This document shows, piece after piece, positions 1-28,580 of a DNA stretch of 64,000 bases (the first letter of the stretch is position 1; each line of letters opens with the position of its first letter). The translations under genes and the position numbers were made by a program. Under the pieces are notes generated by a model, which saw only the letters and a list, made by a program, of their open reading frames with translations, did not search any database and was not told where the DNA came from. This DNA is from Pecten maximus (lineage: Eukaryota): positions 49,786,001-49,850,000 of the forward strand of contig NC_047015.1 of NCBI RefSeq assembly GCF_902652985.1, given 5' to 3'.

Positions 1-809
1 AGAAAAATTGAGGCATTTCCCATTTTTTAACATAAGAAAGAAAGAAAAAGAAAACGAAGAAAGAATTAAATATTATTTTATTCAGAGCTCAGTTTTATAA
101 CTTTAAGTAAATCGATCAGCTCATCAGTACAATACACACATTTATAAACATTGCAAACAGGCAGAACAATGAGATACCGTGAAAGAAAGGAGGGGGGGGG
201 GGGGGGGGGGGGGCAAACCAAAACAACAACAACATAACTGATCACTTCTGTAGACCAAACTGAGTTAGTCTATATCCACACAACTATTTCTTTTTAATGA
301 CGACATGGCTGTCATCTTTTTTATCTCCTAATTCTTCTATATCGGCTAATGAGATTCTAAAAATGTATGGAAATACCGCAGACTTTTTTCTGCGTATCAT
401 AATAGCACGAAAACATTCAGTATAAAAATATCCCAATTTAAAAATAGGATGGCATTTTATTTTAACTTTTTTTTTCTTATTTATTGTTGATATCATAGGA
501 CAAGCATTCAAGGAGTTGGTTGTGTGATGTACACTTTTAAGTTTAATCAGGGACATATATAGACCAAATCTATATGTACATCCCTGAGTTGTGTAGATAA
601 TATAATTTTAACAATATACGCGCACCTTCACGTGAGTTTCTCAGAATTAATTTACTTAAATTTCATATGTTTCCGATTAAAATAATTGAAAATTTCTACG
701 TTCTATTGTGATTCAAAGATGAGAAATATAGAAGGTTTTGAAATGTGATAATTAAAAGCATGACTTACCATCAAAGAACGATAACTCTCTATGGCAATAC
801 AAAGGAAGG

Positions 810-1290
810 TTTTGATTGGTTGATCGCGGAAAGTGTGCGAGTTTCAAACAAATTGCAGGTGCTCGAATGAAGACTTCCGGTTAGCAAGAATCATAATATA
901 TACCATTATATTATGTCAATAAGAAGATTGTGCCTGTAACATTCATGCCAGGCTCCTTCCCGTTGTACACTTAACGCTTCGCTATCCAAACAAGGACGGA
1001 ATCTCCATGCAAGGTTTGTTTAGAGCCGGTAAACAGGTGTACTGGCCCGGGTGTAAGGCTTAGGGTTTTGAATATAGGCCTATATGGTTTCAAAGATTTT
1101 GCCGTGTTTCGCATATCTCCTCAATGCGAGATAGAAATTAAGTTTCTTCTATTAACGCCTTTTCTGTATTGATTTAATGTTATAAGCATTGTACTTGTTT
1201 ATTTTCATTGTTGTGAACTCAAATATTGACATAATCAAACGGACGATTAGGCCTATTTGGTTCGTAAAAAGTGGGCGGGAAATCTGTGTT
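810..1290. promoter_or_regulatory. Probable MELK promoter region with cell-cycle-type motifs
   Basis: ATTGG (CCAAT) ~815; E2F-like CGCGGAAA ~825; TTTCAAA (CHR) at 842 and ~1088; TTTGAA ~1066; ETS ACTTCCGG at 873; canonical E2F GGCGGGAAA ~1274. CpG content is raised relative to the flanks. Confidence 0.55.
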
Positions 1291-2244
1291 GACAATCTTC
1301 CTTCAGGCTGTTTTCCATTGCAATAATTTCCTATCAGACGCTTCATCTTCCATGCGTGTTACGGATTTATGGCATATATTATCTGGTTAATTGATTCTTT
1401 CATCCTAGAGACAATTACGCGACTTTACGAGAATCAATCCTATGTTTCACAAATTATACAAGAAAGGCCTACTGTAGTCTATACAGGATTCTAATTAAAA
1501 TTAAATCAAATATTTGATGTAGTCATTACAGGAAGCTAATTTATTCATTAACTGAAATCACTAATTAACAATTTCTTTTTCAACGAGACTGTATTAAGAC
1601 AGTATGTCTACTATTATATTTTTCATTTGTACAAACTATAATGATTGGCATGATATTATATTAACAAAAACATAATAAATTTTGTATTAGTTATATATAT
1701 ATATATAATTACTATGTTAAAATTGGTAGTGCAGGGTCCCATATTACTTATTAGTAGTGGAGTGTACACTTCACTTCCTGAGCGAGGAAAGGTCATTATA
1801 TATACATTGCAAGTGTATTTTTATCAATTTATAGTTTGAGTCCTAAAATTTTGACAGGATTATATTTTTCACCAATCGATCACCACCCTTTCTTTTCACA
1901 GATTTGTTGCTGTTGACTACCCCAACTGTGTATGAGCTAATGATATAACTTTTAACTTTAAATTTACTTGTTGATTTTTGGCACAAGACTTCATATAATT
2001 AATGGGTCCTGACAGAATAGCCAAAGTTGATTACCCATTTAAATTTGAGTACAATAAATGCCTTTAGCTGCAGCTAGCCAGTGCTAACTATATATGAACT
2101 TGTGGAAATGCTAACATTACACCACAAAGTTGTATCAACATGTGTTTTTAACTGCAATGCATACTTATATTATAACAATATTAATTCCTGTCACCAGACA
2201 ACTTGGACAGTGTATAAATTGGGACCAAACCTGCAGATTCCACT

Positions 2245-19432
<17,188 letters not shown>

Positions 19433-19514
19433 GTATTCTAGCAAAACAAAAAAAAAATGTATTAAGAAAAAAAAACTTGCTCTTTACTTGTTAACCCTTG
19501 ACACTGAAAATATG

Positions 19515-19640
19515 ATGTTCGACCTTGGGCAGTTGCCTGGTACTGACTGTAGGCCAGTGGTTTATCTCTGGGTACTCCAGTTTTCCTACACCTACAAAAC
19601 CTGGCACGTCCTTAAATGGCTGTTAGTAGGATGTAAAAGG
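19515..19640 (+). mobile_element. V-type SINE fragment
   Basis: gtaggccagtggtttatctctgggtactccag...aaaacctggcacgtccttaaatg. Confidence 0.65.
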
Positions 19641-20556
19641 GAGAAAAAAAAAAACAGAAAAAAACCTTGTAATGGGAGATCCACCTCTCCTAATGTAATA
19701 GTTTAACACTATTTATCGGTAAATAATCGATCACCCCTTGTGTAAAAGTTTTGCACTGTATATCCTTAAATAACCCCTAACCCCTTGTGTAAAAGTTTAG
19801 CACTGTGTATCCTTAAATAAGCCGCCTTGCCTAGTATTAAAGTTGGGGCCAGGTAATTTTTTGAACCACTTTTAGCACACTATTTCAAAATTGATGATTC
19901 TGCAAAAACGAAGAAGGGGGATTATTTGCAGATCATGAATATGGTATGAAGAGAGTGTCGTGGCGCGGGTTGGGCCATTTTGTAATTATATTACAATGAG
20001 AGAGTGTGTACAGACTTGAAAAGTCCTTGAATGTTACTGTTTGACTTTGAGAAGCCTTGAATAATTATAAATCCTTGACTGGTATTGAAAATATCTTGAA
20101 TGTGCCATTGATCAATGTTCCATGTATGTATTTACTCATAGACGTGTCATTCTTATTATAATTCCAAAACTGTGCCGTCTGCAAAAGTTAATAGTACCGA
20201 ATTGGAAGTGATCCACTCAAGAAAATATGTGAATTGATGCAATGTTTGAATAATGATACTCTATAGGACTATCTACAACAAGGATGTTCTTTTTACCGAA
20301 AGGTGTTAAAGATATTTCTGTATAGAACTTCACACTAATTGTTCGTGTTCAATTTTTTGACTGATAAGAAAAAGTGCAGTCATATTTTCGCCAATGGCAC
20401 AGGTTAAAAGAACAGGTTATTCAGTTGAAGTGCTAGATCACTCATGCTTCATGAAATAAAATCTGTCGCTCATTTCATTCTTCTTCTTCTTCTTCCTCCT
20501 TCCTGGAGGGACATGTTTTTGATTTATTGACAGTTTGCTGTTTTGTCTATTTACAG

Positions 20557-20563
20557 AACGTAG
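20557..20563 (+). CDS. MELK: Possible alternative MELK terminal exon (adds L-T-stop), followed by a 3' UTR of undetermined length
   Basis: Pyrimidine tract + ttacag acceptor at 20556; CT|A ACG TAG is in phase with the donor at 19429. Confidence 0.55.
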
Positions 20564-22997
20564 CCGTGATGATGCTCTACTGTATTGATTGCCCTAGCTA
20601 GCTCCATTAGGATGTTGGGTGGAGTGCTGAAAGGGCCGGGTGCTAAACAATGGCAGTCAGTGTGTGCAAGTTGTGATATATGCCCTTATAACCAAAAAGG
20701 CGTTTGTACTAGTATAGAAATATGGATCCTTTCTTCAACAGGTGTGCCAACCCTGGGACAATTATGTATATTATTAAGTTGTACAGAGTATAAGAGTTTG
20801 TCAGCTATTTATCCGAACTCATTTTATGTATATTTTTTATTGACATTTGGATTAAGTCTTTCATTGTGAATGATTCTTGTGTTTTTCCAACAATTCATAT
20901 GTTGACTCACGCTGTTATTTCTAGGGATATCAACATTTTATTATTACAAATATGAAATAGGATCACAGTACATCAAGTTGTTAACAAATGAAGATGTTTT
21001 TTAAAATGCATAATTGAAAATTTCTGAAGCATATAATTCAAGCATGTAGCAGAATTTTGAAAAAAAAACCTACAAACTGATCCTTTCTTTTGATAAGTTT
21101 TAAGAAATTTCAATTAGGATTATGACTCTTTAAAAGATAACAGTCAGTGTTTTTGTAAATGGATCTGTTCTGTGTCTGACAGTCATAAATCAAGATGTGC
21201 CACCAGTTTTATGGCAGTCTCGGAGAATTGTAAACCATCATTACAGAAATCGCATAGTAAGCAATATGGACACAAAGGGATAAATTATATATCTAGCATT
21301 TCTTTAGTTAAGGAAAATGGTTCTGTGAAATGCTATAACATCATGAAAATCACTTTCTGCAACTTCAAATAAATCTATTGTATTTTTATTTTTTTCCAAA
21401 AGTCCCATTTATGAATCAGTTTTCTTCAACATGAAATAAATCTTTTAATATTTTAAAGAAAATGACTTTCTTGTGCTCTCCATGTTGTAGAAATCCCACT
21501 TGCTCTTCTTTGCTGTCGATCATATTTTCCATGTCTGTCAAACCATTTGACAAACACACCTCATTTTTATCACTCTGTACCTCTCTTCTCCTCTGCAGAT
21601 GCTCTGTATTTTTAATACTTATTTATTTTTCTTATGTTGAAAAGTTTGTCAAAGATGTATGTTTTTGCCAATTTAATATATCTCCCGTCTCAGAAGCACT
21701 GGTGCATATTAAAGAGGATCTGAAATAGGTTTTATATCATATTTTGGACTATGAAGCAATTGTAGAAGTTGTAATTTTGTCTCCACCAGAAGCAAATTAA
21801 TAAGAAAAAATGTTTTGGGTAAAAACCATGACTTTTATTATCAGAAAGAATTTACGAAGATTTGTTGCTACGTAAGCTCCTGTTTCATGCAAAATTAATG
21901 AAACAATTCTTAGAATTTTGGATTGGGTGAGAATTTCCAACAGCCTTTTTTTTCTCCTGCAAAAGAGGTCATCTTGTTCCAAGTTGAAATAAAATAATGA
22001 GGAAAAGTTTGTTTTTTTGGTAAAAACCATGAGTTTAAAAAAAAGCAAAAGACAACCGTAGGGAAATGGCCTGCAGTCATTTCCTTGTGGACCAAATGTT
22101 TCCACTCAAGTTTGTGTTTGATTCATTGGACTATTTTTCTCATGAAATCAGCAAATTATCTCGTCATCAAAAAAATATGGCAACCAAAGTTCATGTACAG
22201 TTACCCTACTTGACCTTGTAACAATGTGTTAGATTGACACTGCCATATTCTCATAATCTGCTGAATCAGCCAACTTCATACCGACATTATATTAGGGAAT
22301 TGTTTTTAATGCAAACATGCTCATGTTAAATGGTTGTATCATTAAATTCTGAGTAAGGAGAGGAATAAGGGTAGCATAGACTAATTATGTTTAACAAATT
22401 TTAAAATTTAAAGATTTTTAAAAGAATAATCAGTAAATTTTATATTTATGAAATTCTTACTCAGTGGTTTGTGTAATTTTAAGTCATATATTCTTTTTTT
22501 ATTTTATTTTATGTGTACTTTCTAGAACCATAGTCATGGATGAGCTTACACCATGGTCGTTGTTTAAATTCCTGATCAACTCGACAGTAATCTGATACAA
22601 ATTCAAACCTCTTCGCTACTAATAAGTTGAGCAGTTTTTGTTTTGTTTTTTTGTATATATTTTTTTGTAGGTGGTGAGGGGGGCTCAGTTTACGGTCTTA
22701 AATTATTATATCTCAATTTATTTACACTATTTATATCTTTCTTTTCAAATACCAGATTAAAAATGATCCAGAGACTGTCAAGTTGCTCAGTGATTTGAAC
22801 AATATTGTCCACTCTATCAACGCTTTGTTGGTGTTACAAGTCCGGCCAAGTGCTTTGTATAGGTATCAACTCTGATAACCATTTTTTAAGTGATCAGATT
22901 GTTGTGATAAAGAATGTAAAAATAAATTATACTATCACGAATAGTTTTATTGTTATTTTTGCAGCTGGCCAGATGTTTTTTAAGCAAGATATTTATG

Positions 22998-23358
22998 TTT
23001 AGTTTTTACTGGACACGTATACAATTTCATTAATATGTAAAAAGACTATTTGAAGGGAAAACTTAATGATCAATTTAAAACCAAATTTCATATGTGCATC
23101 AAGTCAGGTAAGAGCCTCGCAGAAATAAGCTCAATTTTTTTTTCATGTCATTTTAAAAAAGAAGTATTACTATTTAATAGATGGTAACAGGCAAGAAGAC
23201 AGTGATAAAGGGAGATAACTTGTTCCGTTTATTCCTCTCGAGTCGTATTTGTAGATAACCCAGCTTGATTGGTCGTTAAATCAATAACAAACAAGCAGCC
23301 ATTTTGGTTTTGTATACTAATACTAATTCACAAGAAATAGTAGAGGATTCATATTGTT
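22998..23358 (+). repeat. Copy A of a ~360-bp direct duplication (copy B is 24529-24668 plus ~25325-25546)
   Basis: Near-identical sequence from gtttagtttttactggacacg to gaggattcatattgtt. Confidence 0.9.
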
Positions 23359-24528
23359 AGCTCAAGCTTATGCCATACCGTGGCGTCCGTCGTCCGGCCG
23401 TCCGTCAACAATTGACTTCTTCTTCATAACCGCTGATCAGAATTTGATCAAATTTGGTCAGAAGCATCCCTATGGGAAGGGGACTCAAAATTGTACAAAT
23501 GATGGGGCTGGCCCCCCAGGGGCCTGAGGGGCGGGGCCAAAAGGGGTCAATTTTGCTATATTGATATAAACGACTTCTTTTCTGAAACCGAGCAATGGAT
23601 ATCGCTCATATTTGCCTGGTAGCATCACTATGGGGTGAGGATTCAAAATTGTACAAATGATGGGGCTGGCCCCCCAGGGGCCTGAGGGGCGGGGCCAAAA
23701 GGGGTCAATTTTGCTATATTGATATAAACGACTTCTTTTCTGAAACCGAGCAATGGATATCGCTCATATTTGCCTGGTAGCATCACTATGGGGTGAGGAT
23801 TCAAAATTGTACAAATGATGGGGCTGGCCCCCCAGGGGCCTGAGGGGCGGGGCCAAAAGGGGTCAATTGGTCTATATTGATATAAACGACTTCTTTTCTG
23901 AAACCGAGCAATGGATATCGCTCATATTTGCCTGGTAGCATCCCTATGGGGTGGGGATTCAAAATTGTACAAATGGTGGGGCTAAACCCCAAGGGGCCTG
24001 AGAGGTGGGGCCAAAATTGGTCAATTTGTTTAAACAACTTCTTCTCTGAAACTAAGCAATGGATATTACTCACATTTGTATGGTAGCATGGTTTTGGGGT
24101 GGGGATTCAAAATTGTACAAATGTTGGGGTTGACCCAGGCCGCCAGGGGGCTGAGGGGTGGGGCCAAAAGGGGTCAATTCGGCTAAATTGATTTAAACAA
24201 ATTATTCTCTGAAACTTAGCAATGGTTTTACTGGTAGCATCCTATAGGGGTAGAGATTCAAAATTGTAAAAAAGGAAGGAGCTGACCCCCCCCAAGGGCA
24301 GAGGGCAGGGTCAAAAGGGGTCAATTAGTCTAAACAAGATCTTCTCTGAAACTAAGCAATGGGTATCACTCACATTTGTGTGGTAGCATCCCTATGGGGT
24401 CGCGCCAAAAGTCAATTTCATTTCATGGATTAATGCACTTTTTGGCATTTTTAGTATAAAATAAAACCAATGTACATGTACCCATATAAAATGCTTATGA
24501 TATATATTGACTTAGCAATACCAGCGAC
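23357..24528 (+). mobile_element. HINE/Helentron-like element with ~6 internal 148-158-bp tandem repeats
   Basis: ttagctca...gcgtccgtcgtccggccgtccgt head; caaaattgta marker at 23486, 23644, 23802, 23960, 24108 and 24259; terminal hairpins truncated. Confidence 0.8.
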
Positions 24529-24668
24529 GTTTAGTTTTTACTGGACACGTATACAATTTCATTAATATGTAAAAAGACTATTTAAAGGGAAAACTTAATG
24601 ATCAATTTAAAACCAAATTTCATATGTGCATCAAGTCAGGTAGGAGCCTCACAGAAGTAAGCTCAATC

Positions 24669-25320
24669 TTTTTATACGCCTGACAAAAGACGGGATGTAT
24701 TATGTTATCATGTTGGCGGGTGGGCACATATGGTGTCCGGACCATAACTCCAATACTACTCGACCCAGGCTCTCCATACTTGACACAAATATACATCTAG
24801 ATGAACCGGAGTTTCGCATACCAAAATCATGCCCCTTACCCCCGTATTTGCGGAGTTATTCCCCTTTGATGATTTTACTTGTCCAGACCGTAACTCCAGT
24901 ACTACTCGACCCAGGCTCTCCATACTTAACACAAATATACATCTAGATGAGCCGGAGTGTCACATACCAATATCATGCCCCTTACCCCCTTATTAGCGGA
25001 GTTATTGCCCTTTGATGATTTTACTTATCCGGACCATAACTTCAATACTACCCGACCCAGGCTCTGTATATTAAAATGTGAACTAATTTTTGTGTTGTTG
25101 TGTCTAAACCAAGGTTTCCCATATTTGCAACATATATACATCTCATCATTTAAAGTTGCCCTTCGGTTTCAACTACACACCATTATGTGTATCATTATCT
25201 CCTTCCAACTTTCCAACAATGATACTTCATTTTAAAGCATTACAACCTGTGAAACTACCCCCTTCCAAGTGTCAAATATTGCGGCGGGCGTATGTTGTGG
25301 CCCTCCAACGGGCCCTTGTT
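24669..25320 (+). mobile_element. HINE/Helentron-like element with 146-bp internal repeats
   Basis: atacgcctg / cgggcgtat subTIRs, 3' hairpin ggccc-tccaac-gggcc followed by cttgtt, T-rich insertion site, repeat marker at 24755, 24901 and 25047. Confidence 0.8.
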
Positions 25321-25554
25321 TTCATTATTTTTTTCATGTCATTTTAAAAAAGAAGTATTACTATTTAATAGATGGTAACAGGCAAGAAGAGAGTGATAAA
25401 GGGAGATAACTTGTTCCGTTTATTCCTCTCGAGTCGTATTTGTAGATAACCCAGCTTGATTGGTCGTTAAATCAATAACAAACAAGCAGCCATTTTGGTT
25501 TTGTATACTACTAATTCACAAGAAATAGTAGAGGATTCATATTGTTTTGACTTA

Positions 25555-25923
25555 TGAAGATTGACATTCCCTTCAAAATAACTTCTCAACAACTAACAAA
25601 ACTCGGGTTCACAGTATTGGGCCAATAGGGTATGTGCCTACTTGGATGAAAGGCTAAATTGGTGGGACTTACTTTTAAGGTCACAGGTGTCTATTTGGTT
25701 CAAATATTTAAACAATTCATCAATAACCAAGAGTGAATCGTCATGATCATAGCTGTCAGTTGTGATGACGTCTACAGACATCTTCCCCTGAATAACCATG
25801 AAGCCCAAGGTTTTGATGCTAGACGTCACGAACTCGAAGGAAGGGGTCTAATTTGGATCTCCAATAAATGTATTCGTAAGATGTAGAACTGACGAACGAT
25901 TCAGGCCCAGTGGGCCTCTTGTT
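25555..25923 (+). mobile_element. 3' part of a HINE-like element
   Basis: Ends in acgattcaggcccagtgggcctcttgtt (terminal hairpin). Confidence 0.6.
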
Positions 25924-26578
25924 TATTTTGTCATTCTGCCTTAGTCGATATGAAACATTTTGCCCTTGGTTTTAGTTGTATATCTAAACAACCACTGATC
26001 ACTTGACTCAAATTTCTTGTCTAATTTCAACTTTGTCAATCATGGTTTCTAAAGCATATATAGTACTGATAATCGCTTTTACGAAATGACGTACAACAGT
26101 AAGCGGAAGCTGTTGACATAGAGGAGGTTGTGTTGCTGGTGTTAGTATGTTATCTTGTCGGCTTCCTAAGGAAACATAAATCTTAGAATTTTATTGTGTC
26201 GGCTTCTGGAGAAAGCATAAATCTCCACAGACAAGGTGTCAGGCTTGCTAAGAAATATATACAACCAGTATGCATTTTCAGAATTATCTCTACTGCCAAT
26301 TATTGAGTACGAATTTACTGAATAATAGTCATTATAACATTAAATTTATCCTATAAGTCAAGTTTATTGAATATTGCACCGTAACATTTCTATTGATTTC
26401 TGGTTTTGTCGGAAGCTAAAAGATCTACAACCATTGCGGTAACCCTCAGCCAGACCATGAATACATTATTGTGAACTGATAGGCTACCTGACATTGCAAA
26501 TGACCGGGTGATATGAGAAATAAACATCGCCCACTTAAACCCATTCAATGGTCACTCCATTTTCCCCGACCAGAAAAC

Positions 26579-26716
26579 CATAGGTACTTGGGGGTAAGAC
26601 ATTATATTTATATATATACTATATAGCCTCGTATTACTATATATATTTATATTCTATATTGTAATACGAGGCTATAATTTATATATAAATATAATTTCTT
26701 ACCCCAAGTACCTGTG
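26579..26716. mobile_element. 138-bp fold-back MITE with 8-bp TSD (P- or hAT-type)
   Basis: Almost the whole element is one inverted repeat (cataggtacttgggg...ccccaagtacctgtg); flanks cagaaaac / ctgaaaac. Confidence 0.8.
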
Positions 26717-26844
26717 CTGAAAACAGCGTAGAAAGTACGTCCTTTCCCAGTAGTACATGCGGATGTCTTACAGTTGTTATGCTGATGATGAAATGCAAAT
26801 CATTCCCCAACAGTTTCTATTGAATAACATGTTACACCCATTTT

Positions 26845-27100
26845 TATGAAGATAGAAGCTCAAACTGAGAGTAACAGCTACCAAGATGCGATTGATATCG
26901 TCAGTCCAACTCGAGATTAATAAAACGAGGGCAAAGGTCAACCTCGCTTTGATTAAAGTCTTACTTGTCCAGGATGTTACTTTCAATCTAAAAAATATAT
27001 ATATATATATATAACACTGTGCGTCTTGTTATCGAGGTCGCTGTTAATATATTAAGAGTTTAGTTTATACATCAAACTCAGCAATCCGAATAAGATGGTC
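26845..27100 (+). repeat. Local duplication, partner at ~29130-29450
   Basis: Shared gtcagtccaactcgagatt...aaggtcaacctcgc...atcgaggtcgctgttaata. Confidence 0.8.
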
Positions 27101-27107
27101 ACAAAAA

Positions 27108-27345
27108 GTTGCTGTGCACTTTAAGCTATGGAATCACACGAGTAAAGGTTGCTGTGCACTTTAAGCTATGGAATCACACGAGTAAAGGTTGCTGTGCACT
27201 TTAAGCTATGGAATCACACGAGTAAAGGTTGCTGTGCACTTTAAGCTATGGAATCACACGAGTAAAGGTTGCTGTGCACTTTAAGCTATGGAATCACACG
27301 AGTAAAGGTTGCTGTGCACTTTTAAGCTATGGAATCACATGAGTA
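27108..27345. repeat. 40-bp minisatellite, ~6 copies
   Basis: gttgctgtgcactttaagctatggaatcacacgagtaaag, near-perfect copies. Confidence 0.95.
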
Positions 27346-27461
27346 CAAAGTCTTACTCAGAAATAATTAAAATGTATGTTACAATTTCAACGGGAAATGT
27401 TACGGATTTTACAAAAAAAGTGATGTTTTTTGGTTACGGATTGGTCCCAAATATCTATACC

Positions 27462-27587
27462 GTAGGCCGATGGTTTTTCTCCGGGTACTCCGGCTTTCCT
27501 CCACCTCCAAAACCTGGCACGTCCTTAAATGACCCTGGCTGTTAATAGGACGTTAAACAAAAACAAAACAAACCAAACCAAACCAAA
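27462..27587 (+). mobile_element. 5'-truncated V-type SINE with perfect 16-bp TSD
   Basis: ggtttttctccgggtactccggctttcctcc core, (AAACC)n tail, cccaaatatctatacc at 27446-27461 and 27588-27603. Confidence 0.85.
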
Positions 27588-28084
27588 CCCAAATATCTAT
27601 ACCTAGCGTGAAGTTGTGTTCAGCAGTGTATTTACCATATAACACGTACACTTAGTTTTTGTATTTGGAAATTAAAAAGAAATTAGTGATCAAACCCCAA
27701 ATCTATACAAAGTAAAGAATTCGAATTCGACGTCAGAGCTAATTCTTTTAACGCCTACAACATGAAAAAGAAAGAAAGCGGAACAGCTGTGGAATCACAC
27801 AACCCACAAAACTCATCGTGCATGAATCGTTCGCGCAGATTGTGCTATTACTACAACCACTATACAATAGCTATCGGACACATATCGTGCACATGAACAA
27901 TGCAATCGCACATGTATACATAGTATCGTGCATACTTCATGCGCACACTACACATCCCGTAACTTTGCGGGACCCACAACTGTACTAAAGATACAATACG
28001 ATTTATGCCATGTTGTCATTTCCAAACGTCCACTTATCCTGCAATTGCAGTCGTAATATGCGGGGTTGAACAAAATACTTTTGG

Positions 28085-28580
28085 AGTTGAACACTGGCAA
28101 AGTATTAGTGACGTTGGAAACTGGCAAAGCAGTGATGGGATTGGACACTGACACAGTACTGGTGTAGTTTGCCAATAGCATAGTACTAATAGGGTTGGAC
28201 ACTGGCAAAGTAGTGGTGACGTTGGACACTGACAGTGTTCTAGTAGGGTTGGACTGGCAAAGTTCTAGTAGGGTTTAACATTGGCAAAGTTCAAGTAAGG
28301 TTGGGCACTGGTCAAAGTTCTAGTAGGGTTGAACACTTGCCAAAGTTCTAGTAGGGTTGAACACTGGCCAAAGTTCTAGTAGGGTTGAACACTGGCCAAA
28401 GTCCTTGTAGGGTTTGACACTGGCAAAGTCCTTGTAGGGTTTGACACTGGCAAAGTCCTTGTAGGGTTTGACACTGGCAAAGTCCTTGTAGGGTTTGACA
28501 CTGGCAAAGTCCTTGTAGGGTTTGACACTGGCAAAATCCTTGTAGGGTTTGACACTGGCAAAGTTCTAAAAGGGTTGGAC
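28085..28580. repeat. 27-bp minisatellite, ~18 copies with a divergence gradient
   Basis: Unit gtagggtttgacactggcaaagtcctt. Confidence 0.9.

Noticed and set aside
191-213. Poly-G run as a G-quadruplex
   Set aside because: Simple homopolymer of uncertain assembled length; such runs recur several times in the window.
20564-23000. CPE (TTTTAT) and AATAAA motifs in the putative MELK 3' UTR
   Set aside because: Expected by chance in such AT-rich DNA; the UTR end cannot be fixed without transcripts.
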